Source of the DNA: the human T2T-CHM13v2.0 reference genome, Homo sapiens
DNA length: 64,000 bases
Assembly (NCBI RefSeq): GCF_009914755.1
Contig: NC_060939.1
Reading direction: 5' to 3' (one strand)
Position numbers and translations under genes: made by a program. The notes below the pieces were generated by a model that did not search any database, was not told the DNA's origin, and was given only the letters and a program-made list of their open reading frames with translations. This document shows, in pieces, positions 1 to 13,586 of the stretch (positions within the stretch are counted from its first letter, which is position 1; every line of letters begins with the position of its first letter).

Positions 1-299
1 TTTAATTAAAAAAGAATTATTTTTAGTTTAATTCTTAAGACAATTACACTACAAATTCTGTGAAGCAGATGAGTAAGTAGTTGCAGGATTTACCACTTAA
101 GAGAAAAGCAGGTAAACTGAAGGTTAGCAACTTACCAATTATCAAGGACCTCTGCCCCTTGCCTCCAGAAAATCTACCCTGTCACTTCTAGACCCTTTCT
201 GCACTCGTTACGGAATAAAGGCCCCTGACTCTGAGGGCAGGGAACTTCAGTACATGGAGGCCTCTCTCAGGGAACTGGTTTTGCCTGGCAGCACATTAC

Positions 300-481
300 C
301 TGCCTCTGCAGCGAGGTGGCAGTGAAGGGTGCGTGCCCTTCCACGACCTTCATGAGCAGCGTGATCCACTGCAGGGAGCTGAGGGTGCCGCACACCTGCA
401 GCGTGAGAGCGATGCTCTGCACAAACCCCAGCGTGCACCAGCTCCGGTGTTGCTCCCTGTACACCAGCCTGTTTGGAGAAG
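300..481 (-). pseudogene. HERC2: HERC2-like exon ~39 with mutated acceptor (CG instead of AG)
   Basis: SPNRLVYREQHRSWCTLGFVQSIALTLQVCGTLSSLQWITLLMKVVEGHAPFTATSLQRQ; upstream reads ccctcccgccg|CTTCT; donor gtaatg. Confidence 0.93.
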
Positions 482-682
482 CGGCGGGAGGGAAAATAGA
501 CATGCTTGGTAACAAGTCCCTAAAGACAAATCCCTAAAGATATATCCTTATTTTTTTATCAACTTATTTTCTACAATAAGCTCCTTTAAAATATATTGCA
601 GTTTGTAAATTAATTCAAACTAATTCAAAGTGAGAAGTGGAAGGCGGCTTTTAAGTTAGTTCAAGAAACATTTCCGAAGTTT

Positions 683-800
683 TCTTTTTTTTTGTTTTTT
701 TTAGAGATGGGCCCTCACTATGTTGCCCAGGCTGGTCTAAAACTCCTGGGCTCAAGTGATTCTCCTGCCTTGCCCTGCCGAATAGCTGGGACTACAGACA
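683..800 (-). mobile_element. FLAM/Alu monomer
   Basis: Alu consensus. Confidence 0.8.
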
Positions 801-1274
801 TTTTTAAAACCTTCTAAATATGTGTCGTAAAAGTAGTTAGGGAATTTTAGCTATGTATTGTTTCTAGGCAATAGGAAAATGATCTATAATTCAAATAGTA
901 ATTTGCAACAGTGCATCTATTATATTTTTAATTTCGTGTTTTAAATATCTCCACAATCTTGGTTATATTTAATCTGCACCACTTAAATACTCTTTTTGTA
1001 ATTTTAGTAGAGACAGTTTCCAATCCAAGTTTAATGCATCTGCATTAACAAAATGAGTTTTTCACTAGGTTTACACCACTGGATTCTGGCACCAGTGGGC
1101 CCACCTCTGCTCCGCCTGGCTCCAGGACTCCACTACTCCCTGAATGGAAGCTGAGGCTTGGAGGCTGGGCCCCCTGAGGGACCCCGCCCACAGCCCCACA
1201 GGACCTGCTCTCCCTCCCACCTCCCCCACCCTGCCCTCAGCTATCCAAGCTTATGAGGACAACTGCCTTCCTTC

Positions 1275-2266
1275 AGCACACTCACATGCGCTCACACACA
1301 CACACACTCACTCTCACACCCTCATATGCATCCTCACACTCACACTGATACTAAGTTATTCAGACACACTCATGGGCACTCATACACCCACCCTCACACT
1401 TTCAGGTGCACTCACACCACTGTCGCAATCACACACACACAATCCCAGTCACACGTATGCACAAACAGATGCAAGCTGACACACACTCCCATGCACTCTC
1501 ACATACACTTACCCCTCCCAATGCATACAAAAACTCACATATGCACTCACACTCCTCAACACTAGTAATGACCGATTACTCACCCACTCACACCTTTACC
1601 CACACACTTTCTCACTTTACACTCACACCTATACTGTTATAACCTCCCATTCACTGACACAAGCAAAATGCTCACATTCACTCACACGCATTCACAATAA
1701 CATCACTCGTGCTCACACTGACACAAGGCACTCATACATTTACACAAATGCTCACACTCAATCGCACACTTACACTTGTGCCTGCCACCCACTCATACTT
1801 CCTCACACTCACCAACCCTCACTGACTTACACTTACACTGGGTGTCTCATTTGCACACCCAGTAATCCCCTCACACTCACACTCATGCCTCCCTCGTGCT
1901 CACCCTCACACACACACATTGGCTCAATGCACCGACGCTTTCACTCCCACTTCACCTGAATGTAGTCACCTGCCCACTCACATGCTCTCATGGACATACA
2001 CACACCCACACAACCACATGCTACAAACACACCATCACACTTGCAACACAAACGCTCAGCCACTTGCCCATCGACCGCTAACACACTCACTCTCATCAAT
2101 ATGTGCGGACGCTCCAGCACACCACTAATACACGCATGCTCTCACACACACTGGAGGACGCCCACATACCCACCCACACTCACATGTGCTCACTCTCAGT
2201 CACATGCACACTCACCCCACTCCCTCAGCTCACATTTCTCATACTTACTCTCCACACACACAAACA
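1275..2266. repeat. Degenerate (CA)n/CACT-rich low-complexity tract (~1 kb)
   Basis: Continuous acacac/actcac motifs. Confidence 0.9.
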
Positions 2267-2658
2267 CTTTATGGATTAAACTGTGCCTGTCCTCCAACTT
2301 CACATACATTCGGAACCTCAGAATATGATCTTATTTAATGAGGTCTCTGTAGACGTCATTAAGGTAAGAATTTAGGTGACATCATGTTGGATTAGAGTCA
2401 AAGAAACTCAATGAAAGAGTCCTTTCAGAGACAGAAAAGGACATGCAGAACACAGGGGCAGGGGCCATGTGAAGACGCAGGCAGAGACTGGCACAATGCG
2501 TCCCAACACCAAGGAAGCCTGGAGCTCCCAGAAGCTGGACAAAGTAAGGAAGGACCTTCCCCTAGAGCCTGTGGAAGAAGCATGGCCCTGCCCGCACCTG
2601 GATTTGGGACTTCTGGTCTCCAGAACTCTGAGAGAACAAATTTGTTGTTTGAAGCCAG
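2267..2658 (+). mobile_element. MaLR LTR (MLT1-type), 3'-truncated
   Basis: gccatgtgaagacgcaggcagaga...cccctagagcct...acttctggtctccagaact motifs. Confidence 0.75.
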
Positions 2659-3071
2659 TGTTACGGGTTGAATTCAGAATTGCAAAATTCGTATGTTGAA
2701 GCCCTAACCCCTACCGTACCTCGGCAGGTGACCTTGTTTGGAAATAGGGTCGCTGCAGATGTAATCAGTTTGATGAGGTTGAATGATGTCCTCATGAAAA
2801 GGGGAGATTTGGAGGCGACTCACACACAGGGAGAATGCCATGTGAAGATGACGGCAGAGATAGGGGTGACACCTCTACAAGCCGAGGAACGCTAAAGAGA
2901 CCAGTAAACTCCAGAAGCTGGGGCAGAGCCCTGAAGCAGCTTCTCCCTCACAGCCCCAGAAGGAACTACCCTTGATCTCAGCCTTCCAGCCACCAGAACC
3001 GTGAGAATTTCTACTGTGTAAGTCCCCAAGTTTGTATACTTTGTTACAGCAGCCACAGGAAAGGAATCCAC
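2659..3071 (+). mobile_element. MaLR LTR (MLT1B/C-like)
   Basis: tgttacgggttgaat...ggaaatagggtc...ctttgttacagcagcc. Confidence 0.8.
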
Positions 3072-3164
3072 ACACATCCACACCCACCCACATGCACACC
3101 CAGACACGACAAGCGTGCGGCCCCCAGCGCTGACTCCCTGGGCCCTCGATCTCTCATTCCATAC

Positions 3165-3347
3165 ATGTCTTGTCCGTCATTCCGCTTTCCACTAACATTT
3201 GCAGCAGTCCGCATAAAGTCTTGGTGGCTTCACTCTGCATGATCTCAGCATGAACTCCAGCAGACAGACAAAGAGTCTGCAGTAAGTTAATAGTGCTGGT
3301 AAACATCATTGCAGTGGGGTGAATGTTCCTTTCAGTTTGTTCGGCTT
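3165..3347 (-). pseudogene. HERC2: HERC2-like exon ~38
   Basis: AEQTERNIHPTAMMFTSTINLLQTLCLSAGVHAEIMQSEATKTLCGLLQMLVESGMTDKT; AG/GT. Confidence 0.95.
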
Positions 3348-4052
3348 CTAAAAAAAATAATCAAAATTACAAATTATATTGGCAGCCCCAGCCTCTTGGA
3401 TGGTCTTACCAAGCCCAACCATGTGAAGCTTCACGTGTTTTAGGAACAGCTAAGAAATGTCACGAAACCTCCTCCCACAACCTGGATCTCCACAGATAGG
3501 ATCTAGCTTTCTTGGTCCACCCCTAAATTCTCACCTCTGCTTCCCTAGAAGCGATAAAGTGCTGACTAACTCCACATTACATGAAGAGTTCAGAGTCAGG
3601 GACCACAGAGGAAAGGTAAAGGCAGGTGGCAGGTGGGGTGTGCTTGGGCAGGGGCTCTCACTGGAGGAGGACGCGATGGACCGAGACCGCAGGGCAATTC
3701 CACCAGGCCTCGGCTCACTCGCTCAGATGCAGGCTCAGCACCAACCACATGAGACTCACTGGTGATGCAGCTGCCCCCACCTGGCCACCACATTCTCAAA
3801 GAGGGGCGGGTGCACACATGAGAGGAAAATGCAGAAAGTCAGTTCCAGCCAGATCGCCGGATCCCACAGTCACTCCACACACCTGCATCGGAGGTGCCTG
3901 GGAGCTTATTTAAATTACAGGTTCCGAGGACAGAGCGCCAGCTGCAGGTGTGTCCTGACATCCCATTCTAAGGCCCAGATGGCAGTGGCAGCACCCAGCA
4001 ACTGGACAGTTTGTAGGCTGCCTTGGACTAAACACCTTCCTGAGTCACCCAC

Positions 4053-4245
4053 CAGAGTCGTCCTCTGTGTCCGAATCCTCTGCTGAGGGCTGTGCAGGGG
4101 CTGGCAGCTCTGCCAGCTTGAGGTCGTAATTTCCTTCTTTCCCCATCCTGTAGGAGTTGGTGCTGCCTGTGTCCCACTGGACTCTTATCCACCCGTCCTC
4201 TCCCAGCTCACCAATCACTCGGCCTAGGCCTGGAGGAGGCCTATC
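4053..4245 (-). pseudogene. HERC2: HERC2-like exon ~37 (MIB-HERC2 domain)
   Basis: [64 protein letters not shown]; AG/GT. Confidence 0.95.
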
Positions 4246-4266
4246 CTGAGAAAGCCAAAGTAGAGA

Positions 4267-4698
4267 TCAGTTAGGAGGGTGCGTAACCTGCCCTGGTCCT
4301 TCCATGGCTCCCAGCAGACCTCAGTTAGGAGGGTGTGTGCCCTGCCCTGGTCCTTCCATGGCTCCCAGCAGACCTCAGTTAGGAGGGTGCGTGCCCTGCC
4401 CTGGTCCTTCCATGGCTCCCAGCAGACCTCAGTTAGGAGGGTGTGTGCCCTGCCCTGGTCCTTCCATAGCTCCCACCAGACCTCAGTTAGGAGGGTGCGT
4501 GCCCTGCCCTGGTCCTTCCATGGCTCCCAGCAGACCTCAGTTAGGAGGGTGCCTGCCCTGACCTGGTCCTTCCATGGCTCCCACCAGACCTCAGTTAGGA
4601 GGGTGCGTGCCCTGCCCTGGTCCTTCCATGGCTCCCACCAGACCTCAGTTAGGAGGGTGCGTGCCCTGCCCTGGTCCTTCCATGGCTCCCACCAGACC
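4267..4698. repeat. VNTR, 8 x 54 bp
   Basis: Unit tcagttaggagggtgcgtgccctgccctggtccttccatggctcccagcagacc repeated at 54-bp period. Confidence 0.97.
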
Positions 4699-5684
4699 TG
4701 CCACACAGATGTCGCCATATGCCACCCTGTCTGTCAGGGGCTGTCCCCAGACACAGATTTCACCTCTCCTACAAAATGTGTGCTTGCATCATTTTAAATT
4801 AAATGGCATAAAATAACGTGCTCATGCTGCTTTACCAAGGAAGTCGGGGAAATCTCATCTCAATGAGGATCCTCTGAGTCAATGCAGAGACAGGGCTTTG
4901 CAGCAAGTCCTGTCCCCACAATCCCTCACGGGCCTTGCAAGAGCGGAAACCTGAAACAAGCACCAGCACCTCCACATTCCCTTTGCTTCAGTTTCCCCTG
5001 GGCCCCAGGGGGAAGCTCTGTCTCTCACTTCTGCAGGAGAAAGCTGTTTCTAGGATGGATGCTGTCTCCAGACACTGCTATTTCTAAGATGACTGTGACA
5101 AAGCCAGGGCTTACCAGCGTGGCTGAGAAAAGCCAGACAGACCATGGGAAGGTGAACACTGCCCTAACTTAGCTAGGGCTGTGGTAAGTGACTTCCACCT
5201 GGGGGCACCTGGCAGAGATTTAGAAGAGATCTGCGATGAGGGAAGATGGAAACGTGGCCACAGGCCCATGAAGTAGATCCCTAACTACTGGCTTCAGGGC
5301 ACTTCGCAGCACATGGCCATCAGCCCACAGGGGCAGCATCTGGGCTTCCTGCCTCAGAGCCTTCACTACACCAACTTTCAGAATGAGATTTACTCTCTTG
5401 CTCACTCTCACACTCTTGTTCCAGTGACCCATCAAACTGAGCCTCATGCCAGTGAGTTTCCTGAAAAGAGCTGCCTCTCTTTCCAGACTTGATTCTGCTC
5501 AGATGCCCTACTTATGATTCCCTGTTTGTGTTCACTCCCTTCAGCTGCTCGGGAACCAACACCTGTGTCATCGATCAACTGACACATCCTGGATTATTCC
5601 AATTTCCACCCACCAATATCGTACAGAACTATGCAGAAGATAACTAATGTGTGGCTAATGTGTTCACATCAAATCTCTGAGTAC

Positions 5685-5872
5685 CTGATCGCCCCATTTC
5701 CAGTCCACACCTCTCATGACCCTTGTTCCAATCTTCATCATGGCAGCCAGTTCTGGCCCTGAAACAGGGAGCTGCACAGGAGCCGTTTCCTTCCTTGTTT
5801 CTTCCAAAACTGTGGCAGAAGCACCTTGAGCAGAAGCATTCATATCTTCCTCAACGCTGTCACAACTGGGGC
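5685..5872 (-). pseudogene. HERC2: HERC2-like exon ~36 (start of MIB-HERC2 domain)
   Basis: [62 protein letters not shown]; AG/GT. Confidence 0.95.
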
Positions 5873-6261
5873 CTGACGGAGCATCAAAAACAATAGCTGA
5901 GCCAACAAGTAGCTACAGTGTCCCCTTAATACACACAAAACATTCACAAAGTACTAATGAAGATCGTAATTTTGAACAATCCATACTATATGTTTTATCA
6001 ATATAATATTATGAATATTTTACTGATATAGGATAAAAAGAAGATAAACGGAAGGATGAAATACATAAATATCCTAGGAAGATATAAAAGATATTAAAAT
6101 GCTCAGTAAAGCTACTTTCTCTACTTCTAGGAATTACTCCCCTGAAAAAAGCAAAATAACTGAGTTAGAAAGATCCTCATCACATTTTTTATTAATAGAA
6201 AAACAAAGATAACTACCTAAATATCTAACAGTGGGAAACTAACAAACTTTAATCATGGTTC

Positions 6262-6766
6262 TGTGCAGAAGACAGCTAACAGCTGGCCCGAGATACAACC
6301 TCAGACAGGGTTGCTGCAGGCTGGCCCTCAGCTGGAGTCTGGATCTCAGGAGGGCTCCCCCATTCCCTAGGTGGTAGGTGTGGTTCCCTGTGCCTGAACT
6401 GTCTGTACAAACAATGTGGTCTGTGCTGAAACCTGCTTTCCTTAGTCTGGAACTTGGTACACGCCAGGCAGGGGGTGCCCGTGTGATCAGTCCTGATGGA
6501 AACCATGGGCCTGGAGTCTCTACCCAGCTTCCCGGCAGACAGCACTTGACACGGCTCGGTGCCAGGGCAGTTAAGCTCGTCCTGTGTGGATCCTGTGGAA
6601 GCTTGTACCTGCTTTCCTCTGGACTTTACCCATGTCCTTTTTCATGATTTTGCTCTGTGTCCCTTCACTGTAATAAACTATAGCCCTGAGTACAACTACA
6701 TGCTGAGTCTTGTGAGTCCTCCTGGCCAACCATCAAACCTGGGGGTGGTCTTGGAGACCCCTGACA
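6262..6766 (+). mobile_element. ERVL LTR (MER68-like), possibly with internal sequence downstream
   Basis: tgtgcagaa...actgtaataaactatagcc...gggggtggtcttggagacccctgaca. Confidence 0.7.
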
Positions 6767-7803
6767 ATTGGTGCCCTGGGTGGCTACAGAGTCATCCATA
6801 GCACAAAACAGAAGCCGAGCTGCTGTCACCTGAGAGAAGTAAAACTTCCCAATGGATCTGAAAATAGGAGCGCTAACCCTAGGAGAGTAGGCTAGATTTT
6901 TAACCCCCCTTTTCCCACTTGCTAAACTGAGAGGGGGTAGGAGTGTGGTTCTGGTAACTCCCTTGATTTTAGTTTTCTCCTCCAGGTGGGAGGGAAAAAG
7001 ATCCAAACAGTCCCAAAGGTGGGCTGGGGTGGACCAAAAAATGTAAAAAGTTTGTGTTTCTCTCTCTTCCAAGAGAACAAAAAAGGATATTCAATTCCCA
7101 GGGCTGGAGCAAAACTTTAGATAAACTAGCAGGAGAAACAGCCTTTCCTTTAGCCTAGCCGCTACTTTAGGGCCCCCAGGAAGGGGCCCCAAGGAAGGGA
7201 CAGGAGTTGCATTCCAGGTGGATCTCCCAGGATCCCCTGGGCAGCTATACTGTTAACTCTGTAAAGACTGAATTTATTGCTAAGGGCTTGAATAAATTTG
7301 CAACCAAAACCGGGGGGAATTTTTTTTATTTTACATAGCTTTATGTTTTGTGGCTGTTACATGTGGATGTATACATTAAGCTGGTATAAAATATTATATG
7401 TTTATAATTTCTTAAATGATAAGAAGGATACCCTGATCAGGGCAAGCTGCAAATATAGACGGATATTCATGAGACACAACTTCCTTGCTTTTTGCAGCCA
7501 GTGGGCCAGATGAAATTTAAACACATGAATATTATCAACAGAACAAGTCCCCATACTTAATGATTTGTGCTGTGATTTTTACTTATTGGAACCTCTGGGG
7601 GAAAAGTAGACAACATAAAAAGGCCATTTCTCGATGGAGATATGCTTTTGTAATTTTTAAATGCAACTTTTGGTTGCTAATGAGGCCTCAGGAAATCAGA
7701 TATAACCCTTACTAGATGATTCTTTTCAGCTGTAATACACATATTAAAATATATATTTAACATAATACAACATATAAACATAATATATAAATTAAAAAAT
7801 AAT

Positions 7804-8156
<353 letters not shown>

Positions 8157-8764
8157 TGATACATATTTTTGAATGGATTAATGTGAACTCTAAAACTGAT
8201 GTGATTATAAGAGCTTGGGAAAACCTTGCTTTTTCACTGTGACTTTGACAACTGGCCCTGCAGCATCTCAGTTTTAGCCAAAGAACACCACCATAAACCA
8301 ATCAGACCTAATAGACATATACAGAACATTTCACCAAAAAGAGCAGAATACACGTTCTTCTCAAGTATACCACAGGACTACTCTCTTAGACTGACCAAAC
8401 CATATGTTAGGCCACAAAGTCTCAAATTTAAACAGACGAAAATCATACAAGTTACCTTCTCCAACCAAAAGGAAATGATGAGAAATTAATAACAAAAGGA
8501 AAAGTGGAAAATTCACAAGTATATGAAAATTAAACAACACATGGTAAACAATCAGTGGGTCAAAGAAGAAATCACAAGGGAAATTAGAAAATACTATGAG
8601 ATGAATGAAAACACAACACACCAAAACTTCTGTGCTGGGCCAAAAGCAGGGCTAAAAGGGGCAATTATACTATAAAAGTCTGCATTTACAAAAGATGATC
8701 TCAAATCAATAACTCTACATCTGGAAGAACTAAAAAAATAAGAACACAATAAAAACCAAAGTTA

Positions 8765-8971
<207 letters not shown>

Positions 8972-9085
8972 TTAGAGCAGCCATAAATTAAATAGAGAAT
9001 AGAAAAATAATCTACAAAACCAAAAGTTCGGTTTCTGGCAAGAACAAAAAATCTGACAAACTTTTGGTAAATTAAGAAAAAAAGA

Positions 9086-9400
9086 GGTCAGTCAAGGTGG
9101 CTCACGCCTCTAATCCCAGCACTTTGGGAAGCTGAGGTGGGCGGATCACAAGGTCAAGAGATTTAGATCATCCTGGTCAACATGGTGAAACCCCATCTCC
9201 ACTAAAAATACAAAAAAAATTAGCCAGGCCTGGCGGCAGGCGCCTGTACTCCCAGCTTACTTGGGAGGCTGAGGCAGGAGAATCACTTGAATCCGGGAGG
9301 CGGAGGTTGCAGTGAGCCAAGACTGTGTCACTGCACTCTGGCCTGGCAACAGAGTGAGACTCCATCTCAAAAAAAAAAAAAAAAAAAAAAAGAAAAAAAA
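9086..9400 (+). mobile_element. AluS
   Basis: Alu consensus, A-tail. Confidence 0.9.
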
Positions 9401-9640
9401 GAGAAAAGATGCAAATAACTAACATCAGAAATGTAAGTGGAGACAGTACTACCAACATAAAAATAAAAAAGATTATAAAAGAACACTGTGAACAACTGTA
9501 TGCCAACAAATAAAATAGCCTAGATAAAATGGACACATTCCTAGAAACATAAATTACCCAAACTGACTCAAGAAGAAATAGAAAATCTGAATAGAGCCAT
9601 AACAAGTAAAGAGATTGAATCGGTAATTAAAAATCTTTCA

Positions 9641-9940
9641 GGCCAGGCGCCGTGGCTCACGCCTGTAATCCCAGCACTTTGGGAGGCCGAGGCGGGTGGA
9701 TCACGAGGTCAGGAAATCGAGAGCATCCTGGCTAACACAGTGAAACCCCGTCTCTACTAAAAATACAAAAAATTAGCCGGGCGTGGTGGCTGGCGACTAT
9801 AATCCCAGCTACTCAGGAGGCTAAGGAAGGAGAATGGCGTGAACCCGGGAGGCGGAGCTTGCAGTGGGCCGAGATCACGCCACTGCAGTCCAGCCCGGGC
9901 AACAGTGTGAGACTCCGTCTCAAAGAAAAAAAAAAAAAAA
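9641..9940 (+). mobile_element. AluY
   Basis: AluY diagnostics; TSD aaaaatctttca. Confidence 0.9.
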
Positions 9941-10979
9941 TCTTTCAACAAAGAAAAGCTTAGGTGGTCAACTCTACCAAACATTTAAAGCTGAACTGAC
10001 ACCAATCCTCAAACTCTTCTAAAAACAGAATATATGGGAACACTACCTAGTTCATTCTATGAGGCCATTATTACCCTGATAACTGTAAAACAATAAAATA
10101 TTGCTGAAAGAAATTAAAGAGGACAGAAATAAATGGAAAGACATTCCACATTCAGAGAATGGATGTTAACATTGTTAAAATGGCACTATTCCCCAAAACA
10201 ATCTACAGATTCAATCCCTAGCAAAAATCCCAATGGTCTTTTTTTGCAGATATGGAAAAGCCAGCCTTGAAGTTCATGTGAAAATGCAAGGGACCCAAAG
10301 TAGCCAAAATCATCTTGAGAAAGAAAACACACTTCTCAATTTTAAAACAGTACAAAACTACAATGTTCAAAACAGGGCGGTACCTGCACAATTATCAACA
10401 TATAGAATGTGATAATGTAATTGAGAGTCCAGAAATAAACCTAAATATCCACAGCCAACTGATTTTTGCCAAGGGTACCCAGAACTTCAGGGAAAGAACA
10501 GTCCTCAACAAGTGGTATTGAAACAATCAGATCAACAAAAGAAAAAGGCTGGACTCTTACCTCACACTGTGTAAAAGAAATTACCTAAAAATGGACCAAA
10601 GATCTAAATATAAGAGCTGAAACTATAAAACTTACAGAAGAAAACATGAGGATAATCTTCATCAACCTTGTGTTTGGAAATGGCTTTTTGGATATGATAT
10701 CAAAAGCATAGACGACAAAAGAGAAACAGATAAATTGAACTTCATCAAAATAAAAAACTTCTCTATCTAAGGGAATACAATCCAGAGAACAGGAGAAAAT
10801 ACCCTCAAATGATATACCTGATAAAGGTCTACAGATCTGTGAAGGTCTAGTATACACGAACTTTTTAAAGAGTCTGAGGACTGGTGTTAATTCTTCTTTA
10901 AAGGTTTGATACACTTATATAGTGCATTTATTGGTACAACAAGATGACGACAAATAACCCTATTTAAAAAGGAGAAAGG

Positions 10980-11369
<390 letters not shown>

Positions 11370-12191
11370 TCATCATTAGTGAAATGCAAACCAAAATCAC
11401 AATGAGATACCACTTCACACCCGCTAGGATGGCCTTAATCCAAAAAAAAAAAGAAAACCACAAAAAATAGTGTTGGCAGGGAAGCAGAGAAACTGGAACC
11501 CTGGAATCCTGCCCACTGGTGATGGGAATGTAAAAATGATATGGCACTGTGGAAAACTTTGGTAGTTTCTCAGTAAGTTACACATAGTTGTACCATATGA
11601 CCCTGTAATTCCAGTCCTAGGTGTATAATCAAAAGAACTAGAAACAAGTGTTCAAACAAGTACTTGTATATAAATGTTCCTAGCAGCACTATTCACAAAA
11701 GTCAAAAGGCAAAACCAACCCAAATGTCCATCAACAGATAAATGAGTAAACAAAATGTTATATATTCATACAATGAAATCTTTTTCAGCCATAAAAATAA
11801 AGTACTGATATATACCAAATGAAATAACCCAGACACAAAGGCCACAAATGGTATGATTCCATTTATATGAAATATCCGGGATATGCAAATCCATAGACAG
11901 AGAAAGCAGATTTGTAACTACCAGGGGCTGGAGAGCAGGGGAGTCAGGACTGATGGCTAAATGGGGTGCATTTATAGTGATGAAAAAGTTCTACAACTAG
12001 ACAGTGGTGATGACTCTAGAAAATTGTGAATGTATTTAATACCGCTGAATTGCGACGTTAAAATGCTACACTTTCTGCTATTTGTGTCTTACCATAATTT
12101 ACAAAAAGCTTTTTTTAAAAAAAAGAAAGAAAATAAATCAAAGCAAAATCTTGACGTTTTCCCAAAGGCTCTCAAGCCAGTGCAGACCTAC

Positions 12192-12383
12192 CAATCAGGC
12201 GCAGTGCCGTCTGAGCGAGGGCCAGCGTGCCGGAATCGAGCAGGAGGTCAAGGTTGTTTGCGCTGTGCTGCAGGGTGAGCATGCTGAGCATCACCAGGAG
12301 GAAGTGGGCTTGCGGGATGGTCCCCAAGCTCGGTCCCGATGGGTTCTCATTGGTGATGGTTTGCAGGGGAACCGGCTGGATAC
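12192..12383 (-). pseudogene. HERC2: HERC2-like exon ~35
   Basis: IQPVPLQTITNENPSGPSLGTIPQAHFLLVMLSMLTLQHSANNLDLLLDSGTLALAQTALRLI; AG/GT. Confidence 0.95.
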
Positions 12384-12396
12384 CTAGTGAGCATTG

Positions 12397-12663
12397 GCAC
12401 CCACTGACATTTCTTGTAATGGATACAAGAATAAATGTAATGCAGAAAGCACGGGCAATTACTCTAAACATCTGACTAATAAGCACTGACACCCACTGAC
12501 ATTTCTTGTGCGTGGATACAAGAATAAACGTAACGCAGAAAGCATGGGCAATTACTCTAATCATCTGACTATTTTGACACCCACTGACATTTCTCTCGCA
12601 TGGATACAAGCATAAACGTAATGCAGAAGGCACGGGCGATTACTCTAAACATCTGACTATTTT
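12397..12663. repeat. Tandem repeat, 3 x ~88-92 bp
   Basis: cacccactgacatttct...attactctaa..catctgacta starting at 12398, 12490 and 12578. Confidence 0.92.
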
Positions 12664-13174
12664 TCAGTGGTTTCCACAGAGTGGGCAGCTCTGTCATGCT
12701 GCACGATGGGCCTACCCCCTGCATTCTATGCACAGGTCGTTCCATCTGTCTACAGGACTTAGTATGTTGCTCTCTGAATACACCGGTGCCCTATTCCATT
12801 CCTTCCATTTCAAATATAAAAGTTATGTCTCACTTTTCCTCCACAAAACCAATCCAATCAACTCTCTGTAGATGCTCAAACTATCCAGGAAATAAATATC
12901 AATATAGGACACAGACACTTTAGGATATGTGGTGATACACATAAAAATGTCAAAATGTAAAAATGTTATACTAGAGTACTTCAACATTGTGTCTCCTGCT
13001 AAATTTTAAAGTTTTGTTTAAAATCTGAGAAAGCTGACAGCAGCATAGATTATACAAGTACAAAGTACAAACTTATTAAAGTCTTCTCAAAAGCAAAAAT
13101 TGGCATTTGCAAGTTTCCACAACATATAATTAAAGGCAAACTATAAAATAACATTGATACAATTATTGACTCAC

Positions 13175-13326
13175 CAAGCTCTTTAAATTTGGCACTGGCA
13201 TCCACCAAAACATTTCGAATGTTCTGAACAGCCCAAGCGTACAGCTTGCCAAAGGTGACTTCCAGCAGCATCCGATTAAAAGGCGGGATCAAATCAACAT
13301 CCTTTAAACAATCAGTAAGAGGTTCC
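13175..13326 (-). pseudogene. HERC2: HERC2-like exon ~34
   Basis: EPLTDCLKDVDLIPPFNRMLLEVTFGKLYAWAVQNIRNVLVDASAKFKEL; AG/GT. Confidence 0.95.
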
Positions 13327-13443
13327 CTTTCAAATAAAGATAAAGAATTTGACTCGGGACACTGCCAGACTTCTAACTGTTACAGAAAAACATTCTGTTG
13401 CCACAGCTTCCTTAATTAAGAAAAAAATATGCTAACATTTTAC

Positions 13444-13586
13444 CCTATATCGATTCCCTCAGGAATAAGTCTTTGCCATCCACAAAACATCGCATACGGC
13501 ACAGATGGAAGTAAGAAATTCTTGCTCACCAGATACAATTTTAAAATTGTATCTATCCCTTCCAGGCGAACCTCTGCTCTCTCCAA
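13444..13586 (-). pseudogene. HERC2: HERC2-like exon ~33 (in-frame 6-bp insertion)
   Basis: LERAEVRLEGIDTILKLYLVSKNFLLPSVPYAMFCGWQRLIPEGIDI; AG/GT. Confidence 0.93.

Noticed and set aside
1144-2328. His/Thr-rich ORFs
   Set aside because: Translation of CA-rich low-complexity DNA.
4267-4698. CRISPR-like array
   Set aside because: Units are contiguous with no unique spacers, in a eukaryotic intron.
4224-4816. Repetitive 164-172 aa ORFs
   Set aside because: Artefact of the 54-bp (18-codon) VNTR.
12172-12633. 153-aa ORF
   Set aside because: Intronic tandem repeat reading by chance into exon 35.
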